A stretch of 64,000 nt of DNA from Candidatus Delongbacteria bacterium. Lineage in GTDB: Bacteria; CAIWAD01. The notes under the pieces were generated by a model, which saw only the letters and a list, made by a program, of their open reading frames with translations, ran no database searches and was not told where the DNA came from. Every line of letters begins with the position of its first letter. Within the stretch, counting starts at the first letter, position 1. Below, piece after piece: positions 1-11,000 of this stretch. The translations under genes were made by a program, and so were the position numbers. The stretch is taken from assembly GCA_963663545.1 (NCBI GenBank), contig OY760505.1, positions 3,200,001 through 3,264,000 on the forward strand, written 5' to 3'.

Positions 1-917
1 GCAAGAATCGCCTAGTTACGGTCAATTGCGGAGCCATCCCCGAAGGTATCTTCGAGTCCGAAGTATTTGGCCACGAGCGCGGCGCCTTTACGGGAGCGGA
101 ACGATTGCGCAAGGGCATGTTTGAGCTGGCCGACGGCGGTACCATCTTCCTGGACGAAATCGGCGAAATGCCGCTGATGACGCAGGTCAAGATCCTGCGC
201 GTACTGGAAACCGGCGAGTTCATGCGCGTGGGCGGACAGACGCCGATTCATGTGGATGTACGCGTTGTCGCGGCCACCAACCGTGACTTGGCCACAGAGG
301 TTGCCCGTGGGCAGTTCCGGCAGGATCTCTACTTCAGGCTGAAAGCCATCAGCGTTCATCTGCCCCCTTTACGCGAGCGTCGCGAAGACATTCCTGAGTT
401 GGTGGAGTACTTTGCGCACCGTTTTGCGGAGAGCAGTGGCCGCGCCCACGTGCGCTTCAGCCCCAGCGCGATGGAAGCGCTGAAGGACCATTACTGGCAG
501 GGCAATGTGCGCGAGTTGAAGAACTTCGTCGAAAGCCTGCTCATCCTTTCTCGCGGCGACATCGACGCGGGCGACGTCCATCGCCGCCTTGATCTGGAAG
601 GCAGCAGCGCAAACCTGCCCGCGCTAAGCCTCAGCAAACCCGAAGAGCCCGAGCTCAACCTGGATCTGCTGCGCCAGATGTTTTTCTACCTGCAGCACGA
701 GCTAAGTGAAATTCGTCAGTTGCTCACCGAAATGCACGAAGAGCAGCGCCAAGTGCAGCAACCACTGGATCTGTCCTCGCTAACTGTCGATGAATTGGAG
801 AAGGAGCACATACAGGAGGTGCTGCTGGAACACGGGGGCAATCGCTCCCGCGCGGCACGTGCTCTGGGTTTGAGTGAACGTACTCTGTATCGGAAGATTC
901 GCAAGTATGGGCTGTAG
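1..917 (+). CDS. Sigma-54-dependent transcriptional activator (bEBP, AAA+ with Fis HTH), 5' end outside window
   Basis: GAFTGA loop encoded at 81-98, [11 protein letters not shown]alker [21 protein letters not shown]-terminal [22 protein letters not shown]. Confidence 0.95.
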   Translation, partial: KNRLVTVNCGAIPEGIFESEVFGHERGAFTGAERLRKGMFELADGGTIFLDEIGEMPLMTQVKILRVLETGEFMRVGGQTPIHVDVRVVAATNRDLATEVARGQFRQDLYFRLKAISVHLPPLRERREDIPELVEYFAHRFAESSGRAHVRFSPSAMEALKDHYWQGNVRELKNFVESLLILSRGDIDAGDVHRRLDLEGSSANLPALSLSKPEEPELNLDLLRQMFFYLQHELSEIRQLLTEMHEEQRQVQQPLDLSSLTVDELEKEHIQEVLLEHGGNRSRAARALGLSERTLYRKIRKYGL

Positions 918-921
918 GTCT

Positions 922-1443
922 TTGCTGAACAAATGTACCGCAGGGTGTACGCAGACAAAACGACCGGGGCAGATTGTCCTGGTTCTTTTACTGTGCTTGC
1001 TGGCCGGATGCAGTTTTTACAGCTTCAAGGGTAGCCTGCCGCCACACCTGAAGACGGTGTCGATTCCGCTGATGCAGAACGAGACCTCCGAGTACGGCAT
1101 TGCCGAAGAAATCAGCAGTTTGCTGAACGAGCACTTCCTCAGTAAAGGCTTGTTGCAGCTTGCCAGCGACGAGCAGGCGGATAGCCGACTGACACTGACG
1201 CTGATCAGCTTGAGCGAACAGACCACCCAATACACCGCTGACCAGGAGGTCAACACAATTCGTGTGACGATCAAGGTCAAGGCTCTCTTCGAGGACCTGG
1301 TGGAGGGCGGTGTTCTCTGGGAATCCCAACTCAGCTCCTATGGCGATTACGATCCCAATAGTGAGGAGCGCGCCGACGCCATTCAGTTGGCGGTCGAGGA
1401 GATGGTGAACCGGATCAATGAGCAGATGCTGGCGGACTGGTAG
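922..1443 (+). CDS. lptE: LptE-family LPS-assembly lipoprotein (start uncertain)
   Basis: Lipobox LLAGC, then YSFKGSLPPHLKTVSIP...NET, ending ...ADW; typical position after a bEBP. Confidence 0.75.
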   Translation: MLNKCTAGCTQTKRPGQIVLVLLLCLLAGCSFYSFKGSLPPHLKTVSIPLMQNETSEYGIAEEISSLLNEHFLSKGLLQLASDEQADSRLTLTLISLSEQTTQYTADQEVNTIRVTIKVKALFEDLVEGGVLWESQLSSYGDYDPNSEERADAIQLAVEEMVNRINEQMLADW

Positions 1444-1451
1444 GAGATCCA

Positions 1452-3014
1452 ATGAGTCTGCAAAGTGAGATCCACTTCCTGAAGAAGCAGCTCCATCAGC
1501 GCCCCTGGCTGTTCGCGAGGCTGGCGGATCTGTACCTGCGTACAGGGCAGAACCGGGAGGCGCGCAAGATTCTCCAGGAGGGGTTGAGCCGGTATCCAAA
1601 CTACAGCAGTGCCCGTTTGCAGATTGCCCGTTTGCATTTGGCCGAAGACCGGCGCATGCAAGGACAGTTCGAGTTGCAGCGTTGCTGCGAGGACGTGGAT
1701 GGCATCTGTGCGGCCTGGTCGGATCGCCTGGTGGAGACTTCCGCCGATCACGAGGAGTATCACGGCTTGCTCAAACGCGTGTATCAGATGGACCAGTTCA
1801 GCCAGCAGCGCATTCGCATGCTCAAAGAGCACGGTCTGTTGGCCAACTACGCTTTCGAACAGGCTCTGATTCTGACTCGCACCGAGAGGGCTGCGCGTGA
1901 AAAACGCTACGAGCGTTTGATTAAAAAATTCTTGGACGAACAGGCCAATCCCAATCCTTCCGGCGAGAAAATGGAACTGCCGCGCGAGGTGGAGGAACTG
2001 CTTAGTTTCCCCAACCCTGAAGAGGGCAGCTGCGTTGTGGATCTTGCCGAAGCTGGCAAGGATGCCGTTGCGGAGTCCGTTGCGCGGCTGGAGCTTCCCG
2101 TTGAGGAGGCCTTTGGCGAACCTCTGCCTGCGGAGATCAGTCCTCCTGTCGAGTTCAAGGTCGTGGAGCTAAGCACAACAGAGCCCGAGCTGGCTACGGA
2201 AGCTGACTCTGCCGGGCTCGCCGACGGCGCTGACGATTCAGCGGTCGAGGCCGTAGAAGAAGACTTTGCCGAGGAGCCTGAGCCCGAGCTGGCTGCGGAA
2301 GCTGACTCTGCCGAGATCGCCGACGGCGCTGACGATTCAGCGGTCGAGGCCGTAGAAGAAGACTTTGCCGAGGAGCCTGAGCCCGAGCTGGCTGCGGAAG
2401 CTGACTCTGCCGAGATCGCCGAGGGCGCAGACGATTCAGCGGACGAAGCCGTAGAAGAAGACTTCGCCGAGGAGCCAGAGCCCGAGCTGGCTGCGGAAGC
2501 TGACTCTGCCGGGCTCGTCGACGGCGCTGACGATTCTGTTGACGAGGCCGTAGAAGAAGACGTTGCCGAGGAGCCAGAGCCCGAGCTGGCTACGGAAGCT
2601 GACTCTGCCGGGCTCGCCGAGGGCGCAGACGATTCAGCGGACGAAGCCGTAGAAGAAGACTTCGCCGAGGAGCCAGAGCTGGAGCCTGAGTTGGACGCGG
2701 AGGAAATCCTCCGTCTGGCAGGGCTACAGCGTGAGGCCAGGCGTTTGCGCAACCTGACGCAGAATCAGCCGGAAGAAGAGGTCGAGCTACCTGAATCCCT
2801 GAGTCATGTTGAGGCCTTGACCGCCAACCTGAGTCCCAATGTCCGCACGCGTACCTTGGCACGCATCTACGAGGAACAGGGCTACTATCATCTTGCGATG
2901 GAAGTCTACGAGTACCTGGTGAGACAGTGTCCCGATGATGTGTCTTTGAGCGCGCACATCACACGTTTGCAGAAGCTGATGGATGAGGGCGGGCTTTCTG
3001 ACGCGGAGCTCTAG
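1452..3014 (+). CDS. TPR-containing protein with central acidic tandem repeats
   Basis: N-terminal TPR-like helices (FARLADLYL...YPNY) and C-terminal TRTLARIYEEQG motif. Confidence 0.75.
   Translation: MSLQSEIHFLKKQLHQRPWLFARLADLYLRTGQNREARKILQEGLSRYPNYSSARLQIARLHLAEDRRMQGQFELQRCCEDVDGICAAWSDRLVETSADHEEYHGLLKRVYQMDQFSQQRIRMLKEHGLLANYAFEQALILTRTERAAREKRYERLIKKFLDEQANPNPSGEKMELPREVEELLSFPNPEEGSCVVDLAEAGKDAVAESVARLELPVEEAFGEPLPAEISPPVEFKVVELSTTEPELATEADSAGLADGADDSAVEAVEEDFAEEPEPELAAEADSAEIADGADDSAVEAVEEDFAEEPEPELAAEADSAEIAEGADDSADEAVEEDFAEEPEPELAAEADSAGLVDGADDSVDEAVEEDVAEEPEPELATEADSAGLAEGADDSADEAVEEDFAEEPELEPELDAEEILRLAGLQREARRLRNLTQNQPEEEVELPESLSHVEALTANLSPNVRTRTLARIYEEQGYYHLAMEVYEYLVRQCPDDVSLSAHITRLQKLMDEGGLSDAEL
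2181..2675 (+). repeat. Five tandem 99-bp in-frame coding repeats (33 aa)
   Basis: GAGCCCGAGCTGGCT unit starts at 2181, 2280, 2379, 2478 and 2577. Confidence 0.95.
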
Positions 3015-3017
3015 CAC

Positions 3018-3629
3018 ATGCAGGTCGGTCTTAGCGGCGGTATTGCTGCGGGCAAGAGCGAAGTAGCCGCATGGTTCAAACAGCGTGGTGCGGTGATTCT
3101 GGACGCCGACCGCATCGCCCACGAACTGCAGGATACTGAAACACAACTTCAACAAGAGCTGCGCAGCGCTTTCGGTAAGGAGTGCTTTGACCAAGCCGGG
3201 CGCGTGATACGAGCCAAGCTGGGACAGCGAGTCTTTGCTGATCCTGCCGAACTGAAGCGACTGAACCAGATCATCTTTCCCTACCTTCATCGTGAGTTGA
3301 ACGTGCGCCGTGCCCTGGCACCATCGCAGAAACTGCTGATTGTGGACGCTGCCTTGCTGGTGGAATGGGACATTGCGAGCGAGTTCGACGAGTTGTGGAT
3401 CGTGGCCGCACCGGATGAGATTCGTGTGACACGTTTGATGCAACGCATGGCGCTGAGCCGCGCAGAAGCCCTGAGCCGCCTGCGCAGACAGCTGCCCCAG
3501 GAGGAGAAGTTGGCCCGGGCCACTCATGTGATCCAGAATGCCGGAAGCCTGATGAAACTGCAGCAGAAACTGCAGGATTTTGTCAGCCATCGTCCCGATC
3601 TGGCCGCACTGCTGAGTGATCCGGAGTAG
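3018..3629 (+). CDS. coaE: Dephospho-CoA kinase
   Basis: VGLSGGIAAGKS P-loop, ILDADRIAH, VFAD...LKRLN, DAALLVE. Confidence 0.95.
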   Translation: MQVGLSGGIAAGKSEVAAWFKQRGAVILDADRIAHELQDTETQLQQELRSAFGKECFDQAGRVIRAKLGQRVFADPAELKRLNQIIFPYLHRELNVRRALAPSQKLLIVDAALLVEWDIASEFDELWIVAAPDEIRVTRLMQRMALSRAEALSRLRRQLPQEEKLARATHVIQNAGSLMKLQQKLQDFVSHRPDLAALLSDPE

Positions 3630-3670
3630 GAGTGCGTCAACTCCAGCAGACCCGAAAATCCGGAAGCATC

Positions 3671-6600
3671 ATGTTGCAGCCTCTCAGATTCCTTCTGCTG
3701 CTTTGCCTGCTGCCCCAGCTGGTCTTTGCCTTTGGTAAGAACAAGGTGCAGTACGAGTACAAGCATTGGCAGTACATCCAGAGCGAGCACTTCGACGTTT
3801 ACTATTACCAGGGCGGCCTGGACCAGGCCGTGTTTACAGCTGAAGTGGCCGACAGTGTATTCACGCTGATTACGCAGCGCTTCGACTGGATCCCCCCCGC
3901 AGAGCAACGTATCACGATTCTCACGTATCAAAGCCACAACGATTTCACCAACACCAATGTCAGCGACCAACCGCAGTCGGAAAGTGTGGGTGGATTCACG
4001 GAATTCTACAAGGGGCGCGTGGTTGTTCCTTTCCAGGGAAGCTGGGAGGATTACCGCCATGTGATACACCATGAAGTGACACACGCTCTGCATTTGGCCA
4101 TGATGTACGGCGAGAGCATCCTGCGGGGTGCGATACGCTTTCAGATGCCTCTGTGGTATGTGGAGGGAAGCGCCGAGTATCACAGTCGTGGCGGCTGGGA
4201 TCGTGACGCAAACATGTTCATGGCCGATGCCACAATCAGCGGTTATTTGCCGGAGCAGATCGAATACCTGAGTAACTATCTGGCCTACAAAGGCGGCCAG
4301 AGCGTTTTGTGCTACATCGATCATGAGTTTGGCGCAGGCAAAGTGACAGAGCTGAATCACAGGGTTCGTTCCTTGCGCAATATGGAGCGTGCATTGGAGC
4401 TGACGCTGGGCTTTGGCAGCGAGGAACTCAGCGCGAACTGGCATCGCTATCTGCAGGAAATCTACTGGCCTTTGATTCCCGAGCGTGATACAGCCGCCGA
4501 TATCGCCGAGGCGCTCAGCGATCACGAACAGTGGCAGAACTTCATTAATACCAGCCCGGCCATTTCTCCCGGCGGCGACCGAGTAGTTTTTCTCAGTAAT
4601 CGCAGCGGCTATTTCGAATTGCTGAGCGTGGACCTGCGATCTGAGAAGCGCAAGGTCAAGCGCCTTTTCACGGCACAGCAATCGGGGGATTTCGAAAACC
4701 TGCACTGGCTACGTCCCGGCTTGTGTTTCAATCCAAGTGGCGAGCGACTCTGCCTGGCGTCCAAGGCGGGCGCCGAGGATGCTCTCTTTGTTCTGGATGC
4801 TAGTGACGGCGACAAGCAGGAAGAACTGCGCTTCGGACTTGACGGCCTCTTCAGCCCTGTCTGGAGTCCCGACGGCCGCTATATCGCTTTTGTGGCTCTG
4901 GAAGAAGGACATACCGATCTGTGGCTTTATGATCTGCAGGAGTCGCGTGTGATCGAGCTGATGCATGACCGCTACAGCGACCTGGATCCTGCCTTCAGCA
5001 GCGATGGCCGTTGGCTTCTGTTTGCCAGCGATCGCGCCGGCGACCTAAGTCGCGACCAGATGCACAACATGAGTCATCGCAAGTACGGCAGCAAGGATAT
5101 CTACATGATGGACTTGAGCCATCTTGGCGATGACGGTGATACAGCTGATCTCAGTGTGCGACGTGTCACGCAATCCGGCTACGACAAACGGTCGCCGATC
5201 TGGCTGGAAGGCGCGGATCGCTCAGGGAGGTTGGTTTCCGGCGGTTACGGAATCCAAAACTCACAGTACGACAGTGTGATACAAGCGCAGGCCGAAATCG
5301 GTTTTGTGTGTGACGTCGGCGGAGCCTACAATCTGTGGACACTGAATGCGGCCGATTTCGTTGGCGCTGAGGTGATACAGACCTTGCCGGTTCCCCGCCA
5401 GCGTACGCGCATGCTTACCGGGCTGTTTCAGCCTTCCCTTGCAGGCAACGGGAGGCTGGCCTTCAGCAGCTTCGCTCAGGGCGGTTACGATGTTTTTCTG
5501 CTGAAGGATGTAGGCCAGCTTCCCTATCTGGGAGAGATGCCAGCAAACGATCTGGATCTGCTGCCCTTCAATCGACTACAGCACGACGATCTGGAAGTGG
5601 CGCAGGAAGTGATGCATGTCGAAGAGCGCGTTAGTGATACAGACGACACCGCCTGGCGAAAGTTCAACTTCAATCTGCTTGAACGCATCGCTGAAGAGGG
5701 CTGGCCCGAGCGCGCCGATGAGATCGACAGCCTTGCGGGTGATACAAAACTTGATCTGCACGCCGGTATCACGCCGCCCCGTCTAGATGCAGAGGGCAAC
5801 TACATCAGTCATCCCTACAAAGTGAAGCTCTCGCCGGATGTGGCTGTGGCACAGGCGCAATTCGACAATGTTTTTGGTCTTCAGGGCGTCAGTCAGATCG
5901 TGTTTTCCGATCTGCTCGGCAACCATCGCATCTACGGCTACTTCAACGTCTACGATCGTATTGAGTTGGCCAACCTTTACGCCTATTACCAGAATCAGGC
6001 GCACCGCGTCAGCTGGACCCTTGGCGGCTTTCACAATGTGCATCACATGAAGGGCGAGGTGGCTAACCGCTATTACCGCGACCGCGTGGTCGGGGCCGAT
6101 TTGATTGCCGCGTATCCGCTCAACCTGTACACACGTTTGTCGCTGGAAGGAAGTTACAGCGCTGTATTGCGTGACAGTCTCAACAGCGAAGAGGTGGAAT
6201 ACGATCGCTACAACAGCCCGATTTACGAGAAGTACCAGCGTGGCCATTTCTTGCTGGGCACTGCAGCCTACACCTTCGACAATATCCTTTGGGGCTCGGT
6301 CGGGCCGATCAATGGACACCGCGAGCGTTTGAGCTACACCTGCAGCATCCCGCTTGCCGGCGAAGAAAGCACGGCCAATGAGTTCCAGTCGCTACAACTG
6401 GATGCGCGCCGCTATTTGCGTGTCAACAATGACGTGCAGATCGCACTGCGACTGGCGGGTGGCGGCTCCTGGGGTCCATCGCCGCAGCGCTTTTTCGTGG
6501 GGGGTAGCACAAATTGGATCAATGCCAAGTACTGGAAGGCGGATACGGATTCAACGGCCAACACGCTGCATTCGGACGTTTCCGATTTGTATTACGCCGA

Positions 6601-6964
6601 TCACATTCAGCCCTTGCGAGGCGCAGCCGTTTATCAGGCCCAAGGGGATCATTACCTGTTGGCCAACACGGAGTTGCGCTTCACCATGTTGCGCTATCTG
6701 GTCACCGGCTGGCCGGCTCAACTTGTGCTGTACAACCTTCGTGGCGCCCTCTTCATGGACGCAGGCACCGCCTGGTATCACGACGGGGATTTTGACGCCG
6801 TGGATGATGACGGGCACCTGGAGGATCTATTGATGGGCTACGGGTGGGGCGTGCGCGCCAACCTGGGCGTGGTACTGATCAAAATGGACTGGGCCTGGCG
6901 CACTACGTGGGATGGCAATCCCGACGGCCCGCAATTTCTCTTCACCCTGGGAACGGAGTTCTGA
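3671..6964 (+). CDS. Omp85/BamA-TamA-like outer-membrane protein with N-terminal peptidase-MA-like domain and PD40/TolB repeats
   Basis: Signal peptide + FGKNKVQY; HHEVTH (HEXXH); SPVWSPDGRYIAF repeats; C-terminal barrel ending FTLGTEF. Confidence 0.85.
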   Translation: MLQPLRFLLLLCLLPQLVFAFGKNKVQYEYKHWQYIQSEHFDVYYYQGGLDQAVFTAEVADSVFTLITQRFDWIPPAEQRITILTYQSHNDFTNTNVSDQPQSESVGGFTEFYKGRVVVPFQGSWEDYRHVIHHEVTHALHLAMMYGESILRGAIRFQMPLWYVEGSAEYHSRGGWDRDANMFMADATISGYLPEQIEYLSNYLAYKGGQSVLCYIDHEFGAGKVTELNHRVRSLRNMERALELTLGFGSEELSANWHRYLQEIYWPLIPERDTAADIAEALSDHEQWQNFINTSPAISPGGDRVVFLSNRSGYFELLSVDLRSEKRKVKRLFTAQQSGDFENLHWLRPGLCFNPSGERLCLASKAGAEDALFVLDASDGDKQEELRFGLDGLFSPVWSPDGRYIAFVALEEGHTDLWLYDLQESRVIELMHDRYSDLDPAFSSDGRWLLFASDRAGDLSRDQMHNMSHRKYGSKDIYMMDLSHLGDDGDTADLSVRRVTQSGYDKRSPIWLEGADRSGRLVSGGYGIQNSQYDSVIQAQAEIGFVCDVGGAYNLWTLNAADFVGAEVIQTLPVPRQRTRMLTGLFQPSLAGNGRLAFSSFAQGGYDVFLLKDVGQLPYLGEMPANDLDLLPFNRLQHDDLEVAQEVMHVEERVSDTDDTAWRKFNFNLLERIAEEGWPERADEIDSLAGDTKLDLHAGITPPRLDAEGNYISHPYKVKLSPDVAVAQAQFDNVFGLQGVSQIVFSDLLGNHRIYGYFNVYDRIELANLYAYYQNQAHRVSWTLGGFHNVHHMKGEVANRYYRDRVVGADLIAAYPLNLYTRLSLEGSYSAVLRDSLNSEEVEYDRYNSPIYEKYQRGHFLLGTAAYTFDNILWGSVGPINGHRERLSYTCSIPLAGEESTANEFQSLQLDARRYLRVNNDVQIALRLAGGGSWGPSPQRFFVGGSTNWINAKYWKADTDSTANTLHSDVSDLYYADHIQPLRGAAVYQAQGDHYLLANTELRFTMLRYLVTGWPAQLVLYNLRGALFMDAGTAWYHDGDFDAVDDDGHLEDLLMGYGWGVRANLGVVLIKMDWAWRTTWDGNPDGPQFLFTLGTEF

Positions 6965-7785
6965 TGAAAGGCCTGGTCTGTCGTTCGATCACCCCGGAAG
7001 AGCTGGAAGCCTGGTGCAACCTGGGCATTCACGGTCGCAGCCGCATTCAACAGGCCGCCGTGACCTGGCGTCGTCTGTGGCGCGAGGGCGTGTCTTGTCC
7101 CGCCGACTGCTGGTGGGCGTGCGAGGGGCGACGTCCCTTGAGCCGAGTGGCGCTGTTGCACGAGGGCGAAGAACTGCAGCGCATTGTGGATCTGTGGTTT
7201 GACGCACGCGGCCCTTGGTATCGTCTGGTTCAGACCCTGCTCGAGAACATGCTGGAGACCCGCCCCTGGAAACCCGTACTCTGGGAACTGGAGGAGGGCG
7301 ACCACACCGCCGCGCGCTTGATCAGCCTTGCAGGTGAGTTGGGCTTTCGCAAGCAGGACGTGCGTCGCGAGCTTTGCCTTGAACTGCGCGCTCCGACCGC
7401 CGATGCTCGCAACGAGCTCGAGCTGTTACCCTTGCAACCGCCGTGCGACGAGTTGTCCTCGTGCGGATTGCAGCTCGAAGACGCCGACTGCATTCGCCAA
7501 CTGCAATTGAGCCACGTAGAACACCCTGCCTGCTATCTGCGCCTGGATGGCCTGGGCGGTGGTGAGCTGCGACCTGCACCCGCTTGTTGGCAGCACCCAG
7601 GCATGGATACGATCCTGCTGGCCTTGGCTGCACATCTGCCTTCGCTCGGTGTTGAGGTTCTGCAGCTTGCCCCGTCCGCAGAGTGGCAACTCTCCACACC
7701 CGGCAAAAAAGTGTATACCATCCGAGGTGAACGCGCTTACCTCCGCTTTGTGCGACCTGTCACAGAGCCTTCCGCAGAGAATTAG
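6964..7785 (+). CDS. Hypothetical protein, possibly degenerate GNAT fold
   Basis: ATG overlaps upstream TGA; ELGFRKQ motif. Confidence 0.55.
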   Translation: MKGLVCRSITPEELEAWCNLGIHGRSRIQQAAVTWRRLWREGVSCPADCWWACEGRRPLSRVALLHEGEELQRIVDLWFDARGPWYRLVQTLLENMLETRPWKPVLWELEEGDHTAARLISLAGELGFRKQDVRRELCLELRAPTADARNELELLPLQPPCDELSSCGLQLEDADCIRQLQLSHVEHPACYLRLDGLGGGELRPAPACWQHPGMDTILLALAAHLPSLGVEVLQLAPSAEWQLSTPGKKVYTIRGERAYLRFVRPVTEPSAEN

Positions 7786-7887
7786 CCTCTTTCCTGCCAA
7801 AGGAGACGGTCTCAGGCCAAAGATCGAGTTCCGCGGAGACGATATGTCCGTTACGCCTTATGGTGTACCGGTTGACTTCGCTGACCC

Positions 7888-7903
7888 TGGCACCTTTGCT
7901 GCA
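7888..7903 (+). promoter_or_regulatory. Putative sigma-54 (-24/-12) promoter of the giant surface-protein gene
   Basis: TGGCACCTTTGCTGCA = GG-N10-GC, about 120 bp before ATG 8025. Confidence 0.55.
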
Positions 7904-8024
7904 GACTGCACCACTCCCCCGGTGCGGTGCGTAGAGGAGACGCCAGCTTCCCTTTCGGGAGAGCCGGTTGGAGATCACACCGCGGAGATCAGGTCCGATT
8001 GGGTTCAAGTTGGAGGATAGTTTT

Positions 8025-11000
8025 ATGAGACAGCGTATCTGTCTGGTGATGGGCATACTGCTACTACTGGTCCAGGGGGCGTTGGCGCAGACGGGGCCGA
8101 CGATCCATCCCATCGCAACAGCCAACCTGACAGAGGATCAATCCAAGATCCACCCGATCTATGTCACTGATCCTGATGATCCCGCCAGTAATCTGGGCGT
8201 AGTTTTACAATCCAGCGATTCGGATCACGTTCTGCTCAGTGTTTATGAGCAGACGGATAACGATACCATTTGGATTGGCATCGATCCCAGTGCGGGCTGG
8301 AGCGGAAGCGTCACCGGTACGGTGCGCGTTTTTGACGGTCTTCCCTCCCGCAGCGTTGATTTGGAAACCTTCACCATCAACGTTGCCTTTGCCGCCGACT
8401 ATCCGGTGCTGGTTCAGGCCTTCGACTCGCTGCTATTGGCCGAGGACGACTGCTTCACACTGGACGCCGATACTCTGGTGACACATTTCTACGATGATGA
8501 TATTCCCTACGGTGACAGCTTCTCTATTACCGACATCACCTACAACCATGGTTCGGTGAGTCAAGCCGGTAGCGTTTGGACGCTGTGCAATGCCGAGAAT
8601 TACTACGGTTTTGCCGCCGCCAGCCTGACGCTGCAGGATACGAATTACGACACGCTGGTCGTGTTCAACCTCCCGATCAGGATTACACCTGTCAATGACG
8701 CACCAGAGCAGATTCTGGCTTGTGATCCACTGGCAATGACGGAGGATGTGATTGCCACCGTCAACGGCAACGCGCTGAAAACGCATTTCACCGACCCCGA
8801 TGGGGACGAGTTTGAGGTAGACAGTCTGCAGTTCAATCACGGCACCGTTACCCGTTCGGGCGCCACCTACAGTCTGCATCCTACAGAAAACTACGCCGGA
8901 GCTGCAGAAGTCACGGTGTATGTGAGCGAGAGCGTCAACCCGGATGACCTGGGCACTACGGCGACCATCTCTGTAGACATTGCGCCGGTCAACGATGCTC
9001 CTGTTGTGGGTGCCATCGCCGATCAGACGGCTTCGGAGGATACGCCGCTTACGGTTGCTTTCACCGCCAGCGACCCTGAAGACGATACGATGTACTTTGC
9101 CGTGGCCACCGATCAGGCTGATGTGAGCGCCAGCGTCAATGGTGCTGCGCGTCAGATTACCCTGACGCCCACAAACAATTGGAACGGTACGACTACGGTT
9201 ACCCTGACCGTGAGCGACAGCGAACTGCGTTTGAGCACCGAAGTCAACTTTGATCTGGTGGTCAGTGCGACGAACGACGCACCTGTGGCTGATCCTGGAC
9301 TGGCGGATCAGAGCATTGATGAAGATGCCTCCTTCCTGCTTACCGAAGTCGCAATTCTTGCCGCCTTCACCGATCCTGAAGGCGATGATTTGAGTGTGGA
9401 CGAGGTTAGCAGCAGTGCCGGTACGGTGACTCCCGAGGGCGATGATTATCGTATCACGCCCGCAGCAGATTTCTTTGGTGATCTGACGATTACGGTCACC
9501 GTCATCGAGACCATCACGGCAGACGCGTACAGCACCAGTGACAGCTTTACACTGACGGTGAATGCCGTCAATGATGCGCCGGTGATCGACGCCATTGCTG
9601 ATCAGTCAACCGATGAGGACGTGCAGCTGCGCGTCGCCTATTCTGTGAACGATGTAGACAATGCCTCCCTCGAGCTTAGCGTGAGCAGTGACGAGGCCAA
9701 TGTGCTTGCGACTCTGGATGAGTTGGCGGAGGAAATCGTGCTGACGCCAGCTGCCGATTGGAACGGCACGGCCACGATCACCTTGACCGCAAACGACGCC
9801 GCGCTTCGTTTGACGGACGGCGAGCAGTTCACGCTTACGGTTGACGCGGTCAATGATGCGCCCTATCTGGTGGAAGCCTACGACGATATAGAGGCCTTGG
9901 AAGACACGCCCTTTGAGCTGACGGACGCCGAACTGCTGGCGAACTTTGATGACGTGGACGGCGATGTCCTGCTGGTGCAGAGTGTCAGTTTCGATCACGG
10001 CAGCGTCGTGCATGCCGCCGGGACCGCCACTTTTACGCCTGACGAAGGCTACAACGGGTGGGCCGAGATTGGGATCACCGCTGTTGAAGACGGCACTGTC
10101 GACAGCTTCACCGCTTCCGCCACCATCGATGTGGCCATTGGTGCGGTCAACGACAGCCCGGACATTGATCCCATTGCCGATCAGAACATGGACGAGGATG
10201 ATGTGCTGCGCGTGGCTTATGCCGGCACAGATCCGGAAGCTGATCCCATCAGCTGGTCTGTGGCCAGTTCCAACGTCAATCTGGTCGCTGTTCTGGATGA
10301 AGTGGAAGAGGAGATTGTGTTGACGCCTGCCGCCGATTGGAATGGCAGCGCTACCATTACCCTCACCGCCGACGACGGAGTCGTGCGCACCACCAGCCAG
10401 GAGAGCTTCCTGGTCACGGTCAATGCCATTAACGATGCCCCTTATCTGAATTCGGCCCTGGACGATCGTTCGACCGACGAAGATGTGGCGCTATCGCTGA
10501 CCAACGCGGTGCTTGTCGCTCATTTCGATGACGTAGATGGTGACGCACTTACGATCAGCAATGTGGAATGGGCCGAGGGTAGCGTGGTCACCCAGCCTGG
10601 TGGCTGGCTGCTGACGCCTGCTGCGGATTACAATGGCAGTTCGATGGTTACGATAACCGCACGCGAGTCCGCAACCGCAGACCTCTACACAGCTCAGGGC
10701 ACTTTTACTCTGACCGTGGACGCCATCAATGATGCACCGGTGATTACGCTTCCCGGTGACCAGTCAACCGACGAGGATGTTGAGCTTCGCGTGGCCTATC
10801 TCATTAGCGATGTAGATAACGCCGAGTTTACGCTGGACATCAGCTCATCGGCGGATGAGGTTAGCGCAAGCATTGATACCGACAATGGCGAACTTGTGCT
10901 TGTGCCCGACGCTGACTGGTCCGGCACCAGCAATATCACCTTCACGGCTAGCGATGAAGTTCTGCGCTTAAGTGACAGTGAGACCTTTACGCTGACGGTC

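Noticed and set aside
2181..2675. Possible CRISPR array
   Set aside because: In-frame tandem repeats without unique spacers; no cas genes. No CRISPR seen anywhere in the window.
7790..8024. c-di-GMP or other known riboswitch before the adhesin
   Set aside because: Hairpins are present but no recognisable consensus.
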